DNA of 64,000 nt from an uncultured Gammaproteobacteria bacterium (GCA_963805965.1 CAWDVQ010000011.1:235802-299801); one strand, 5' to 3'; positions 1 through 9,053 are shown, counted from the stretch's first letter. Notes: a model not told the origin generated them from the sequence alone. Numbers and translations are program-made.

Positions 1-2
1 GC

Positions 3-854
3 GAGCAGCGTACGCGCTACCTGAACGCGCGTGCGACGCTGGATGCCCTGCTGGCGCTCAAGGCCATCCCGGTCATCAACGAAAACGACACCGTGGCGAC
101 CGCCGAGATTCGCTATGGCGACAACGACCGGCTGGCCGCGCGCGTGGCGCAGATGGCGAGCGCCGATTGCCTGGTGCTGCTATCGGATATTGACGGCCTG
201 TATACCGCGGATCCGCATCGCGACCCGCGCGCACAGTTCATCGAGCGTGTCATGCGCGTCACACCGGAAATCGAGGCGATGGCCGGGCGTTCCAATTCCG
301 AGGTTGGCTCGGGCGGGATGGTGACCAAGATCGCCGCGGCCCGGATCGCGGTCAATGCCGGTTGCCACATGTGCATCGCGTCCGGACACCAGCGACATGC
401 GCTGCGGCGCCTGGAGTCCGGAGCACGCTGCACCTGGTTCGTGCCCGCCTCGACGCCACTGGCGGCGCGCAAGCAATGGATCGCCGGCACACTCAGGCCG
501 GCGGGCGCGATCCATATCGATGCCGGTGCGCTGCGGGCGCTGCAGGGCGGCAAAAGCCTGCTGGCGGCCGGCGTTACCGGGACGCTCGGGCGCTTCGAAA
601 GCGGCGAGACGGTCAGCGTGCTGGCGCCCGACGGCGTGGAAGTCGCGCGCGGCATCGCGGCCTACTCCGACAGCGACGCCACTCGCATCATGGGTCGCAG
701 GAGCAGCGACATTGAGGCCATCCTGGGGTTTCGAGGACGCGAGGAGCTGATTCATCGTGACGATCTGGTGTTTCTGCAGCATGATCATCGGCCCCAGGAA
801 CTGACGTCCGCGGCCCCAGCCGGGCCCGGGAGCGTTACCGAGATGAAATCGTGA
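3..854 (+). CDS. proB: glutamate 5-kinase, 5'-truncated at window edge
   Basis: Frame is open from the window edge. Translation [49 protein letters not shown]...[15 protein letters not shown] matches the ProB amino-acid-kinase core. A C-terminal PUA-like segment follows ([22 protein letters not shown]...GETVSV). GTGA stop/start overlap with proA at 851-854. Confidence 0.9.
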   Translation, partial: EQRTRYLNARATLDALLALKAIPVINENDTVATAEIRYGDNDRLAARVAQMASADCLVLLSDIDGLYTADPHRDPRAQFIERVMRVTPEIEAMAGRSNSEVGSGGMVTKIAAARIAVNAGCHMCIASGHQRHALRRLESGARCTWFVPASTPLAARKQWIAGTLRPAGAIHIDAGALRALQGGKSLLAAGVTGTLGRFESGETVSVLAPDGVEVARGIAAYSDSDATRIMGRRSSDIEAILGFRGREELIHRDDLVFLQHDHRPQELTSAAPAGPGSVTEMKS

Positions 855-2152
855 CCGGTGTCGTCACATCGATCGCCGAGCGCGCCGACTGCTCCGACCT
901 GCACGCCCTGATGCAGACCATCGGGCGCAGCGCGGTCGTAGCCGCGGAGCGGCTGGCGCTGGCCGACGGCGCCATCAAGGACCAGGCGCTGCTGGCAGCG
1001 GCTGCCGCGCTGCGCGTACAGGCGGACGCGATCCTGGCGGCCAACGCCGAGGACATGCGCGCAGCGCGGGATGCGGCCCTGAGCGGCGCGCTGCTCGATC
1101 GCCTGCAACTCGACGCCGCGCGCGTCGAGGCGATGGCGCGCGGGCTGGAACAGGTGGCGGCGCTGCCTGATCCGATCGGCGTGACGATCGCGCAATGGAC
1201 GCGCCCGAATGGCCTGCGCATCAGTCGCGTGCGCGTTCCCCTGGGGGTCATCGGCATCATCTACGAGAGCCGGCCGAACGTGACCGCCGATGCCGGTGCG
1301 CTGTGCCTGAAATCCGGTAACGCCGCGATCCTGCGCGGCGGCTCGGACAGCCGCCGCTCCAGTGCTGCGATCCACGCCTGCCTGGTCGCGGGGCTTGCGG
1401 CGGCGGGATTGCCGCCGACCGCCATCCAGCTGGTACCGACCGCCGATCGGGCCGCAGTCGGCGAGATGCTGTCGGGCATGCAGCAATTTATCGATGTATT
1501 GGTGCCGCGCGGCGGCAAGAGCCTGGTGGCGCGGGTGCAGGCCGAGGCACGGGTGCCGGTCATTGGCCATCTGGAAGGCAACTGCCACGTCTATGTGGAT
1601 CGCGACGCGGAACTGGATATGGCGTGCAGGATCGTGACCAACGCCAAGATGCGCCGCACCGGCGTGTGTGGTGCGGCCGAGACGCTGCTGGTCGACCGCG
1701 CCTGTCCGCCCTGGCATCTGACGTCCCTGATCAGTGAGCTGATGGCCGCCGGTTGCGAGGTGCGCGGCGATGAGGGCGCGCGCGAGGTCGATGATCGCGT
1801 CAAACCCGCGAGCGAAACCGACTGGTCGACCGAATACCTGGATGCGATCATCGCGGTGCGCGTCGTCGATGGCGTCGACGAGGCCATCGCCCACATCGCC
1901 CGCTACGGCTCGTCGCACACCGATGCCATCGTGACCTCCAATGCGGCCACGGCGGAATATTTCCTGCAGCGCGTGGACAGTGCGATCGTATTGCACAATG
2001 CGTCCACGCAGTTTGCCGACGGCGCTGAGTTCGGCATGGGGGCGGAGATCGGCATTTCGACCGATCGTTTTCACGCCCGCGGACCGGTCGGGGCGGAACA
2101 GCTCACCAGCTACAAGTACGTGGTGCACGGCTCGGGGCAGATACGGCCCTGA
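851..2152 (+). CDS. proA: gamma-glutamyl phosphate reductase
   Basis: 433-aa ORF with GPR hallmarks ([38 protein letters not shown]; [32 protein letters not shown]). Translationally coupled to proB. Confidence 0.93.
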   Translation: MTGVVTSIAERADCSDLHALMQTIGRSAVVAAERLALADGAIKDQALLAAAAALRVQADAILAANAEDMRAARDAALSGALLDRLQLDAARVEAMARGLEQVAALPDPIGVTIAQWTRPNGLRISRVRVPLGVIGIIYESRPNVTADAGALCLKSGNAAILRGGSDSRRSSAAIHACLVAGLAAAGLPPTAIQLVPTADRAAVGEMLSGMQQFIDVLVPRGGKSLVARVQAEARVPVIGHLEGNCHVYVDRDAELDMACRIVTNAKMRRTGVCGAAETLLVDRACPPWHLTSLISELMAAGCEVRGDEGAREVDDRVKPASETDWSTEYLDAIIAVRVVDGVDEAIAHIARYGSSHTDAIVTSNAATAEYFLQRVDSAIVLHNASTQFADGAEFGMGAEIGISTDRFHARGPVGAEQLTSYKYVVHGSGQIRP

Positions 2153-2193
2153 GCCTGTCCTGATGACGCAGGACGATTGAACCTCACTTTCGA

Positions 2194-2254
2194 GTGGCAT
2201 TGGACCATGCGAGCCTTTTCGTCATGAAAAAGGGCTCGCATGGCCCGATGCCAC
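2194..2254. terminator. long imperfect hairpin between convergent proA and moaE (bidirectional terminator candidate)
   Basis: Inner arms ccatgcgagcctttt / aaaaagggctcgcatgg pair with one bulge. Outer arms gtggcat (2194-2200) / atgccac (2248-2254) also pair. A/T runs flank the loop. The hairpin ends one nt before the moaE stop codon. Confidence 0.7.
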
Positions 2255-2713
2255 TTAGGGTGTCATTCGCTCGTGCTGCGTCTCACGACTGGAGCAGTGT
2301 TCGCAGTTGACCCAGCCCGAGTCGCCGTCCTGGTAGTGCTCCTTCTTCCAGATCGGCACGCGGTGCTTGACCTCGTCGATGATGTAGCGGCAGGCATCGA
2401 AGGCCTCGCCGCGATGAGCGGCGCTGACCCCCACCCAGACCGCCAGTTCGCCCACCGCCAGCGGTCCCAGTCGGTGCGCGCAGCGGGCACGCTCGACCCC
2501 GAAGCGTTGCCGTGCCTCGGCAAGGATGCGCTCGCCCTCGCGGACGGCGAGCGGCTCGAAGCCTTCGTACTCCAGCCTGAGCACCGTGCGACCGTCGTTG
2601 AAGTCGCGCACCCAGCCCTCGAAAGCGGCATAGCCGCCACAGGCCGGATCCTGCAGTTCGATGCGTAGCTGCTCGGGTCGCAATGGCGCCTCATGCAGGC
2701 TGAAGCGGTTCAT
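2255..2713 (-). CDS. moaE: molybdopterin synthase catalytic subunit
   Basis: 152-aa ORF. GGYAAFEGWVRDFNDGRTV..LEYEGFEPLA...VGELAVWVGVSAAHRGEAFDACRYIIDEVKHRVPIWKKE is typical MoaE. Confidence 0.9.
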   Translation of the reverse strand: MNRFSLHEAPLRPEQLRIELQDPACGGYAAFEGWVRDFNDGRTVLRLEYEGFEPLAVREGERILAEARQRFGVERARCAHRLGPLAVGELAVWVGVSAAHRGEAFDACRYIIDEVKHRVPIWKKEHYQDGDSGWVNCEHCSSRETQHERMTP

Positions 2714-2717
2714 GGCT

Positions 2718-3575
2718 TTAGCCGCCCGCCACCGGCGGCAGGAAAACCACGGTGTCGCCGTCGGCCAGCAGCGAGCGCCAGTCGCCGAACTCGTCGTTCA
2801 CGGCCACGCGCAGGAATTCGGGCGCCAGGGTCAGCCCGTGGCGCTGGCGCAGCTCCTCGTACAGTTCGCGTGGCGTGGATGCCCGCGTCTCGATTTCTTC
2901 GCTGCTGCGTCCCGCCTGCTCGCGCAGCACCGCGAAGTAACGCACACGCAGGCGCCGCAGCGTCGCTGTCGCCGCATCTGCGTTACCGGCCCCGAGCGCT
3001 GCGATCGCAGCGGCATACTCCTCGCCGGTGTTGATGTTATCGAGCGCCTGAGGGTTTGGCAGATCCAGCAACTCGACGTCGCTGCGCGACAGCAGCCCAC
3101 GCGGGCATTGTTGTCCTGCGGCGAGCGACTGCTCGATGATCAGCAGACTGCGCGGCTCAAAGATGGCACACAGCGGCTCGGGCTGCCCATCGAAGTTGCT
3201 GCGATACGCGGTAGCCACGCGCGTGCTCGCACGCCGCGCGATCAGGTGCTGCAGCGTCGCGCGGTCGAGGAACGGCAGATCGCAGGCCAGGACCAGCCAG
3301 GCATGGTCTGGGTAGGAGTGCAGTGCGGCGTGAATGCCACCCATCGGACCCAGATCCGGCTTGACGTCGGTGATGGTGTCGTACGCCGTGCGCTGCGGAT
3401 CGTTGAGCTGGTCGGGCCGCACCGAGACGAAACAGCGCGTCACCAGCGGCGTCAGCAATTCCATGGCGCGCGCCAGCTGCGACTTGCCGGCATATTCGAG
3501 GCCCGCTTTGTCGCGCTGCATGCGACGGCTGCGTCCGCCGGTCAGTACCAGGCCGTACAGCTGTGGCGCGCTCAT
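2718..3575 (-). CDS. mobA/moaD: MobA-like molybdenum cofactor guanylyltransferase fused in frame to a MoaD sulfur-carrier domain
   Basis: N-terminal ~195 aa is MobA-like (MSAPQLYGLVLTGGRSRRMQRDKAGL...LVLACDLPFL). C-terminal ~80 aa is MoaD-like and ends in the obligatory GG (RYFAVLREQAG...DGDTVVFLPPVAGG). No stop codon separates the two parts. Start chosen at the ATG forming an ATGA overlap with the moaC stop (3572-3575). The 369-aa track ORF was trimmed. Confidence 0.8.
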   Translation of the reverse strand: MSAPQLYGLVLTGGRSRRMQRDKAGLEYAGKSQLARAMELLTPLVTRCFVSVRPDQLNDPQRTAYDTITDVKPDLGPMGGIHAALHSYPDHAWLVLACDLPFLDRATLQHLIARRASTRVATAYRSNFDGQPEPLCAIFEPRSLLIIEQSLAAGQQCPRGLLSRSDVELLDLPNPQALDNINTGEEYAAAIAALGAGNADAATATLRRLRVRYFAVLREQAGRSSEEIETRASTPRELYEELRQRHGLTLAPEFLRVAVNDEFGDWRSLLADGDTVVFLPPVAGG

Positions 3576-4099
3576 GCAGCCCGCGTGCGCTTGCGCACGA
3601 CGGCGCCTGCACGCACGGTGCGCTTGCCGCCGCTCTTGGACAGCAGCCGCACACCGGAAATGCGGATGTCGTGCGATAGGGATTTGCACATGTCGTAGAT
3701 GGTCAGGGCCGCGACCGTGGCACCGGTCAGGGCTTCCATCTCCACTCCGGTCTTGTGCCGTACCTCGACCCGGCAGTGCACCACGATGACGGTGCTGCCG
3801 GGGGCGAAGCCGATATCGATGCGGCATTGCTCCAGCGCCAGCGGATGGCAGAACGGGATCAGCTCCGAGGTGCGCTTGGCTGCCATCACGCCGGCGACGA
3901 TCGCGGTGTCGAACACCGGGCCTTTCCTCGTGCGCTGCCCGCTACGCCGCAATGCCCGGGCCACCGCCACGGGCAGACGTACGCGCGCTTCCGCTTCGGC
4001 AATCCGGTGGGTAACGGCCTTGGCACCGACGTCGACCATCGTGGGCCGGGAGCGCGCATCCAGATGCGACAGTCCGGTGTTGCGGGTGCGGCGTGGCAT
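3572..4099 (-). CDS. moaC: cyclic pyranopterin monophosphate synthase
   Basis: 175-aa ORF. LSHLDARSRPTMVDVGAK..T.R.A.A...GPVFDTAIVAGVMAAKRTSELIPFCHPL...GVEMEALTGATVAALTIYDMCK is canonical MoaC. Confidence 0.92.
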   Translation of the reverse strand: MPRRTRNTGLSHLDARSRPTMVDVGAKAVTHRIAEAEARVRLPVAVARALRRSGQRTRKGPVFDTAIVAGVMAAKRTSELIPFCHPLALEQCRIDIGFAPGSTVIVVHCRVEVRHKTGVEMEALTGATVAALTIYDMCKSLSHDIRISGVRLLSKSGGKRTVRAGAVVRKRTRAA

Positions 4100-4106
4100 G
4101 TGACGG

Positions 4107-5156
4107 CTAGCCCCCGACGTAATTCATCTCGACGTGCTGCACGCCTCGGGCGCGCAGTTTGTCACGCAGTTCACTGTATCGGTCCGAGCGCCGCTCCCAC
4201 ACCGCCCGCATCAGTTGCAGCAGCTCCTCATCGCTGGCGCCGCCGCGCAGCGGCGCCCGCAGATCGGTGCCCTCGGCCGCGAACAGGCAGGTGTAGAACT
4301 TGCCGTCCGAGGACAGCCGCGCGCGCGAGCAGTCGCCGCAAAACGGCTGTGTAACCGAGGAGATGAAGCCGACCTCACCACCGCCATCGCCGAACGCGTA
4401 GCGGCGCGCGACTTCGCCGCTATAGGCCGGATCGAGCGCGCTCAGCGGCCAGCGCGCGTGCAGCAGCTCGAGCAGTTGCTGCGAGGGCACGACACGCTCG
4501 CGGTTCCAGTCGTTGCGATTGCCGACGTCCATGTACTCGATCAGGCGCACGATGACGCCGGTGCCGCGGAAGTGCTCGATCAGATCGAGCACCGTGTGGT
4601 CGTTGACGCCGCGTTCCACCACCGCGTTGACCTTGATGGGTGACAACCCGGCGCGCTCGGCGGCGGCGATGCCGTCGAGCACGTCCTTGACGCTGCCGTA
4701 ACCCCCTGACATGCGCGCGAACACCGCCGGATCCAGGCTGTCGAGGCTCACGGTGACGCGTTGCAGGCCGGCCCCGCGCAGTTCAGCCGCGTGCTGCGCA
4801 AGCAGCACGCCATTGGTGGTCAGCGCAACGTCCTCGATCCCAGCCAGACCGGTCAGGTCGCCGATCAGATCGGCCAGCCCGGGGCGCAGCAGCGGCTCGC
4901 CGCCGGTGACGCGCAGCTTCACCACGCCGAGCTGCACGAACAGCCGGCTCAGGCGCAGCAGCTCGTTGAAATCGAGGCGCTCGGTGGATTTCAGGAAACG
5001 GTACTGGTCGTGAAAATGCTCGCGCGGCATGCAGTACGGGCAACGAAAGTTGCAGCGATCGATGACCGACAGGCGCAAATCGCGCAGCGGGCGGCCGAGG
5101 CTGTCCTGCAGCAGGCGCCGGCGCGGCAGCAGTGGATGAACGTTGGTACTGACCAT
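4107..5156 (-). CDS. moaA: GTP 3',8-cyclase (radical SAM)
   Basis: 349-aa ORF with the CNFRCPYCMP radical-SAM cluster motif, VTGGEPLLR, and a C-terminal CGDCSRARLSSDGKFYTCLF second-cluster motif. Confidence 0.93.
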   Translation of the reverse strand: MVSTNVHPLLPRRRLLQDSLGRPLRDLRLSVIDRCNFRCPYCMPREHFHDQYRFLKSTERLDFNELLRLSRLFVQLGVVKLRVTGGEPLLRPGLADLIGDLTGLAGIEDVALTTNGVLLAQHAAELRGAGLQRVTVSLDSLDPAVFARMSGGYGSVKDVLDGIAAAERAGLSPIKVNAVVERGVNDHTVLDLIEHFRGTGVIVRLIEYMDVGNRNDWNRERVVPSQQLLELLHARWPLSALDPAYSGEVARRYAFGDGGGEVGFISSVTQPFCGDCSRARLSSDGKFYTCLFAAEGTDLRAPLRGGASDEELLQLMRAVWERRSDRYSELRDKLRARGVQHVEMNYVGG

Positions 5157-5217
5157 GTAGCAAGGCTACCAGATCGAGTGCCTCGTCCCATCACGGCCGA
5201 GTCACAGGGGCTCACTT

Positions 5218-6423
5218 TTACCAGCGAAACAAGCGTGTTACGTAGCCTTTGGCGAAGTCGGCGGGGCCGGGAGGCAGCTCGACGAAGCCGTCGGTCAGCG
5301 CCAGCGAGGCGAAATCGCCGGAGCCGTTGGTCGCGCACGGCGCAGCCCAGGGCCGCGCCCAATCGTCGTTCGTCACCCGCACCGGCACGAAGCCGGCGAG
5401 CTGCGTTTCCCAGTGGATCGGCGCCGACAATGCCACGCGCTCGCGTGTGCCCGCCGGCATACCCATCGCGGCGTACAGCGCCGGTATCACGTAGCGCACC
5501 AGGCACACCAGCGTCGACACCGGATTGCCCGGCAATGCGAATACCGACCGGCCGTCCTGCGAAGTGCCGAACCACATCGGCCTGCCCGGGCGTTGCGCGA
5601 CCCCGTGCAGCAGGCAGCGCACGCCTATGTCCTCGAGCACTTTCGGCACCAGGTCGAAGCGCCCCATGGAGACCCCACCCGACAGGATCAGCACCTCATG
5701 TGTATTCAGGTGCAGCCGCAGCCGCTCGCGCAGCAGCGCGGCATCATCCGACAGGTGATCGTCGGCGACGCGCTGAAAGCCGCGCTGGCGCAAGGCGGCC
5801 ACTACCGCATAGGAATTGGAGCGCCGGATCTGATGCGGCGCAATCGGGTCGCCGGGCTCGACCAGTTCATTGCCGGTGGATATCACCATGATCGCCGGCT
5901 GGCTGCTGACCCGCACGCGTGCCATGCCGGCTGATGCCGCCACCGCGATCTCCGGTGCATTCAGCACGCTGCCAGCCACCAGCAGCAGCGCGCCCTGGGC
6001 GCGGTCACTGGCGCGACGGTGCACGTTTTTCCAGGGCGCAATCGTAAAGCTACGCTCGATCTCAGCGTAGCCGTCGGCGCTTTGCAGCCGCTCGACCGGC
6101 ACGACGGTATCGCAGCCTGCGGGCAGTACCGCGCCGGTCATGACCTCGATGCAATTCTCATCCGAGCTGAGCGTGCCTGGCGGATCACCGGCAGCCTGCG
6201 TCGCCTGCAGCCTGAAGCGCCGCCGGCCGTTCGCGGCTGCGCTCGAGGCCAGGGCGATGCCGTCCATCGCCACGCGGTCGAACGGCGGTTGGTCGCGCTC
6301 GGCATAGATGTTTTCGCGCAGCACGGCGCCAGCACACTGACCGACCGGCAGCGATTCGATCGGCAGGCAGGCGAGGTGCTCGTTGATCAGCGTTTCTGCG
6401 GCCGCCGGCTCTATCATTGCCAT
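5218..6423 (-). CDS. moeA: molybdopterin molybdenumtransferase
   Basis: 401-aa ORF. PPFDRVAMDGIAL, EVMTGAVLPAGCDTVVPVE, ISTGNELVEPG, LILSGGVSMGRFD and FALPGNPVST are MoeA signatures. Confidence 0.9.
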   Translation of the reverse strand: MAMIEPAAAETLINEHLACLPIESLPVGQCAGAVLRENIYAERDQPPFDRVAMDGIALASSAAANGRRRFRLQATQAAGDPPGTLSSDENCIEVMTGAVLPAGCDTVVPVERLQSADGYAEIERSFTIAPWKNVHRRASDRAQGALLLVAGSVLNAPEIAVAASAGMARVRVSSQPAIMVISTGNELVEPGDPIAPHQIRRSNSYAVVAALRQRGFQRVADDHLSDDAALLRERLRLHLNTHEVLILSGGVSMGRFDLVPKVLEDIGVRCLLHGVAQRPGRPMWFGTSQDGRSVFALPGNPVSTLVCLVRYVIPALYAAMGMPAGTRERVALSAPIHWETQLAGFVPVRVTNDDWARPWAAPCATNGSGDFASLALTDGFVELPPGPADFAKGYVTRLFRW

Positions 6424-6489
6424 ATGTTACGCCGGCGCTGGCCGGACTGTGGTGCGTTGCCGGGGTTCATGCCACGATGGCTGTTCGCT

Positions 6490-6563
6490 GCGCCCGTAGC
6501 TCAGTTGGATAGAGCATCAGGCTTCGAACCTGAGGGTCGGGAGTTCGAATCTCTCCGGGCGCG
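6490..6563 (+). tRNA. tRNA-Arg, anticodon UCG
   Basis: Hand-folded cloverleaf. Acceptor GCGCCCG/CGGGCGC, D-arm GCTC-AGTTGGATA-GAGC, anticodon arm TCAGG-CTTCGAA-CCTGA (anticodon TCG), variable GGGTC, T-arm GGGAG-TTCGAAT-CTCTC, discriminator G. CCA is not fully encoded. Confidence 0.9.
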
Positions 6564-6572
6564 CAAATCGAT
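6522..6572 (+). repeat. attL-type direct repeat (3' part of tRNA-Arg plus 8 nt)
   Basis: cttcgaacctgagggtcgggagttcgaatctctccgggcgcgc (43 nt exact), one mismatch (a vs g), then aatcgat. The same sequence is at 12551-12601. Confidence 0.9.
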
Positions 6573-6599
6573 CAATTACTTGCCGCTGATCGGCAATGC

Positions 6600-7685
6600 T
6601 CAGTTGACCAAACGTAGCGAAAACGTAGCGTTCTCTGCTACGTTTTTGCCGCGCGGCGCGACCTTCAGTTCTGGAACTTCCGGTTGCCGCTCGATGCGCC
6701 TGGCCACGGAACTTAGTTTCTCCGGGGCCAGATGCGCATAGCGCAGCACCATCTCGTACGACCTCCAGCCTCCCAGCTCCATCAGCTCCTGCAGTGAGGT
6801 GCCGCTCTGCACGTGCCAGGAGGCCCAGGTGTGCCTCAGGTCGTGGAAGCGGAAGTCCTCGATGCCGGCACGCTGCTTCGCCTTGTCCCAGGCTGTCGAG
6901 CTCTGGTGGATGCGCTGCCCGGCGAAGGTGAAACACCAGCGCCGGTGCTGACCCCGCGTCGACTCGAGCGCCGCCACGGCGTCCGCATTGAGCGGAATAC
7001 CGCGGCCCTCGCCCGACTTCGTGGTGCCATGATCGAGCCATGCCACCTTCCGAACGAGATCCACCCGGCTCCATTCGAGCCCGTGAATCTCGCCGGCACG
7101 ACAGCCGGTCGCCAGTGCGAACTGCACGATCGGCTTCATGTGCTCAGGCAGCGCCGCGATCAATCGGTCAGCCTCCTCGCGTCTCAGGAAGCGCACGCGC
7201 CGGCGGGGTTCCTTCAGCATCCGAATCTTCGGAACCCCACGCAGCCAACGCCAATCCTGATGCGCGACATTCAATATCCGCCGAACCACCTCGAGAGCGC
7301 GATTGACGGTCGCGTTCGAGACACCATCCTTCGACTTGCGATCGCGAATGTACGGCTGCAATGCCGTCATATCGATCGCATCCAACCGCAGAGAGCGTAG
7401 ATAGGGGTCGAGCTTCTTCAGGTGATCCCTGTCATTGAAGAGGCTCCTCTTATCCGCAAACTCCTCGAGATACCGTATGACCGCTTGCTGCCATACGAAA
7501 ATACCGAGAAGCCCCTGCTGCCGAGCTTCAATCGCCTCGTTCTTCAGGCGGACGACGTAGGCTTCGGCGTCGGTGCGTTCGACACACCCAGTGCTTTGGC
7601 ATACGCGGCGTCCATCCGGGAGAACGAGGTTGATCCACCAGAACCGCGAATCCTTGCGGCGGTAGAGTCCACGTTCACGGGCCAT
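6600..7685 (-). CDS. tyrosine-type site-specific integrase
   Basis: MARERGLYRRKDSRFWWINLVLPDGRR N-terminus. Catalytic-domain motifs ATGCRAGEI..L.W, HDLRHTWASW, LGGWRSYEMVLRYAH (R..HxxR..Y). Adjacent to the tRNA. Start could also be 7715. Confidence 0.9.
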   Translation of the reverse strand: MARERGLYRRKDSRFWWINLVLPDGRRVCQSTGCVERTDAEAYVVRLKNEAIEARQQGLLGIFVWQQAVIRYLEEFADKRSLFNDRDHLKKLDPYLRSLRLDAIDMTALQPYIRDRKSKDGVSNATVNRALEVVRRILNVAHQDWRWLRGVPKIRMLKEPRRRVRFLRREEADRLIAALPEHMKPIVQFALATGCRAGEIHGLEWSRVDLVRKVAWLDHGTTKSGEGRGIPLNADAVAALESTRGQHRRWCFTFAGQRIHQSSTAWDKAKQRAGIEDFRFHDLRHTWASWHVQSGTSLQELMELGGWRSYEMVLRYAHLAPEKLSSVARRIERQPEVPELKVAPRGKNVAENATFSLRLVN

Positions 7686-7873
7686 AGAATCTCCTTCCAG
7701 GCCCGCCCTCGGCACTTATCCTGCTGCATGCGCTGGTCCAGATCAATGCGGTCGTAGAGCTTGCAGCGGCCCTTGCGGATGAAGGGCAACCCCATGCCGT
7801 CAAGGAAGCGCACGCTGCAACGCACATAGGCGGCAGCCTCGCGGCGGGTGAAGTAGCGTGCAGGCGCAGCCAT
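7544..7873 (-). CDS. excisionase/AlpA-like helix-turn-helix protein (boundaries uncertain)
   Basis: MAAPARYFTRREAAAYVRCSVRFLDGMGLPFIRKGRCKLYDRIDLDQ resembles MerR/excisionase-type HTH proteins found upstream of island integrases. The 3' ~140 nt overlap the integrase start, so the real end or frame is doubtful. Confidence 0.5.
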   Translation of the reverse strand: MAAPARYFTRREAAAYVRCSVRFLDGMGLPFIRKGRCKLYDRIDLDQRMQQDKCRGRAWKEILWPVNVDSTAARIRGSGGSTSFSRMDAAYAKALGVSNAPTPKPTSSA

Positions 7874-8420
7874 CGGCTGGGCGCTCGGTGCCGCCCTGGA
7901 AAATGCCGATTCTCGGTGACGCCGAGGCGATGAGAAATCGAGCGGCAATTGCCCAGTCGGCGGCACCCCGTCGGGCAAACCCGCATTTTCAGTGCGATTC
8001 GGCATGTCGTCTTGCGGTTCCTGCCCATCATACCGGCGCCTTTCGGGCATCGACTATGAGTGCAGCAGGAGGTCAGCGCGAGAGCGGGTGGATCATCGAT
8101 CGGTCAAGACCGGCAACCTTGCAGACTTGCGGTAGCCGAAGGATCTGGACATAAGGGGCAGTCATGACAGTTCGAGCGTTCATGAGTGTGATGCCAGCGT
8201 GTGGTTCCGGTTGCTTCAGGGCGCGTTGTCACGTGAAGGAAGGATACCGCTCTCGCGCGCAAGATCGAGGGCGCGATTCGCAGTAAATTCAGCGAATCTC
8301 GGATCGCCTATTCTCTTGCCGCGGTGGGCCGTGTGCGGATCAGCGGGCATCATCGCGCTTCAGCGAACCACGACGGCGGCGATCAGTCGAAGTGAGGTTT
8401 CGCTGAATTTTGAGCGGATT

Positions 8421-8463
8421 GCAGGATAGCGCGCGGCTTACGTTTAGGGCCAAATTGGCCCTA
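8421..8463 (-). promoter_or_regulatory. oriT-like element: 19-nt palindrome plus TATCCTGC nic-type motif (minus strand)
   Basis: tagggccaaattggcccta at 8445-8463 has 9-nt perfect arms. Sixteen nt away on the minus strand lies TATCCTGC (plus strand gcaggata, 8421-8428), matching the MOBP-type YATCCTG/Y nic consensus. It sits directly upstream of, and overlaps, the MobC-like gene start. Confidence 0.4.
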
Positions 8464-9053
8464 TGCGTTGCACGGAAACCTTGAAGACGCACGTCTCGCG
8501 GGAGATGAAACTCCAGGCGAGGTCGGCTGCAGATCGCGAATTCCTGTCGGAAGCGGCTTGGCTCAAGCGCCTTGTGATGCGCGAGATTCGGGTTCGCAGC
8601 GACGCATCAGGTGCCGAGAGTGATCTCTTCCGGTCGGAGAGTATTCCCGGGCCGACCAGCGCGGCTCCTGGGGAGAATGGTGCCGGTAAGCCAATGCTGG
8701 TGCGCCTCACAGTCGAGGACAGGCTGCTCCTGGACGCCCGGGCCGAGGCGCGCGGCATGCGACCGGCCACCTACGCATCCATTTTGCTCCGATCCCATTT
8801 GCGCCAGCTCACGCCACTACCCAAGGACGAACTCCTTGCGCTCAAGCGCAGCATCGCTGAGCTGGGATCGATTGGCCGGAACATCAATCAGATCGCGAGG
8901 GCAGTGAGCGGCGGCGGAGAGGTGCCCGGTTCGCTACGGGGGGAGTTCTGGGGGATGCTGAAGATCTGCTCGGCGTTGCGCGACAACATCAAGACGCTTC
9001 TCAGTGCGAACCTGGCTAGTTGGGCGGCGGGGCACCCCCGTGGAGACACATAG
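8463..9053 (+). CDS. MobC-family / ribbon-helix-helix relaxosome accessory protein
   Basis: The C-terminal half, LVRLTVEDRLLLDARAEARGMRPATYASILLRSHL...ELLALKRSIAELGSIGRNINQIARAV, is the MobC mobilisation-protein motif. A second RHH-like segment lies near the N-terminus. Start may be 8505 instead. Confidence 0.7.
   Translation: MRCTETLKTHVSREMKLQARSAADREFLSEAAWLKRLVMREIRVRSDASGAESDLFRSESIPGPTSAAPGENGAGKPMLVRLTVEDRLLLDARAEARGMRPATYASILLRSHLRQLTPLPKDELLALKRSIAELGSIGRNINQIARAVSGGGEVPGSLRGEFWGMLKICSALRDNIKTLLSANLASWAAGHPRGDT

Noticed and set aside
785-2200. 471-aa minus-strand ORF antisense to proA. Similar long antisense ORFs: 22243-23859(+), 38638-39960(-), 40182-42461(-), 43368-44879(-), 45039-46148(-), 58308-59462(-), 60498-61820(+).
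   Set aside because: These are typical shadow ORFs of very GC-rich DNA. They are Arg/Ala/Gly/Pro-rich low-complexity translations with no recognisable motifs, and each lies fully opposite a gene with strong family signatures.
2718-3827. Over-long track ORFs implying N-terminal extensions: 2718-3827, 15073-16080, 26337-28097, 35539-37083, 40134-43202, 49210-50256, 51623-52942, 56533-58224.
   Set aside because: In each case the upstream part overlaps the preceding gene in another frame and is low-complexity. An internal start gives canonical family N-termini and classic ATGA, TGATG or GTGA coupling, so the coordinates were trimmed.
7874-8050. N-terminal 59-aa extension of the excisionase-like ORF, and plus-strand ORFs 7858-8154 and 8199-8429.
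   Set aside because: The extension is Pro/Arg-rich with no motif. The plus-strand ORFs lack RBS and family signal. The region is more likely regulatory or oriT DNA.
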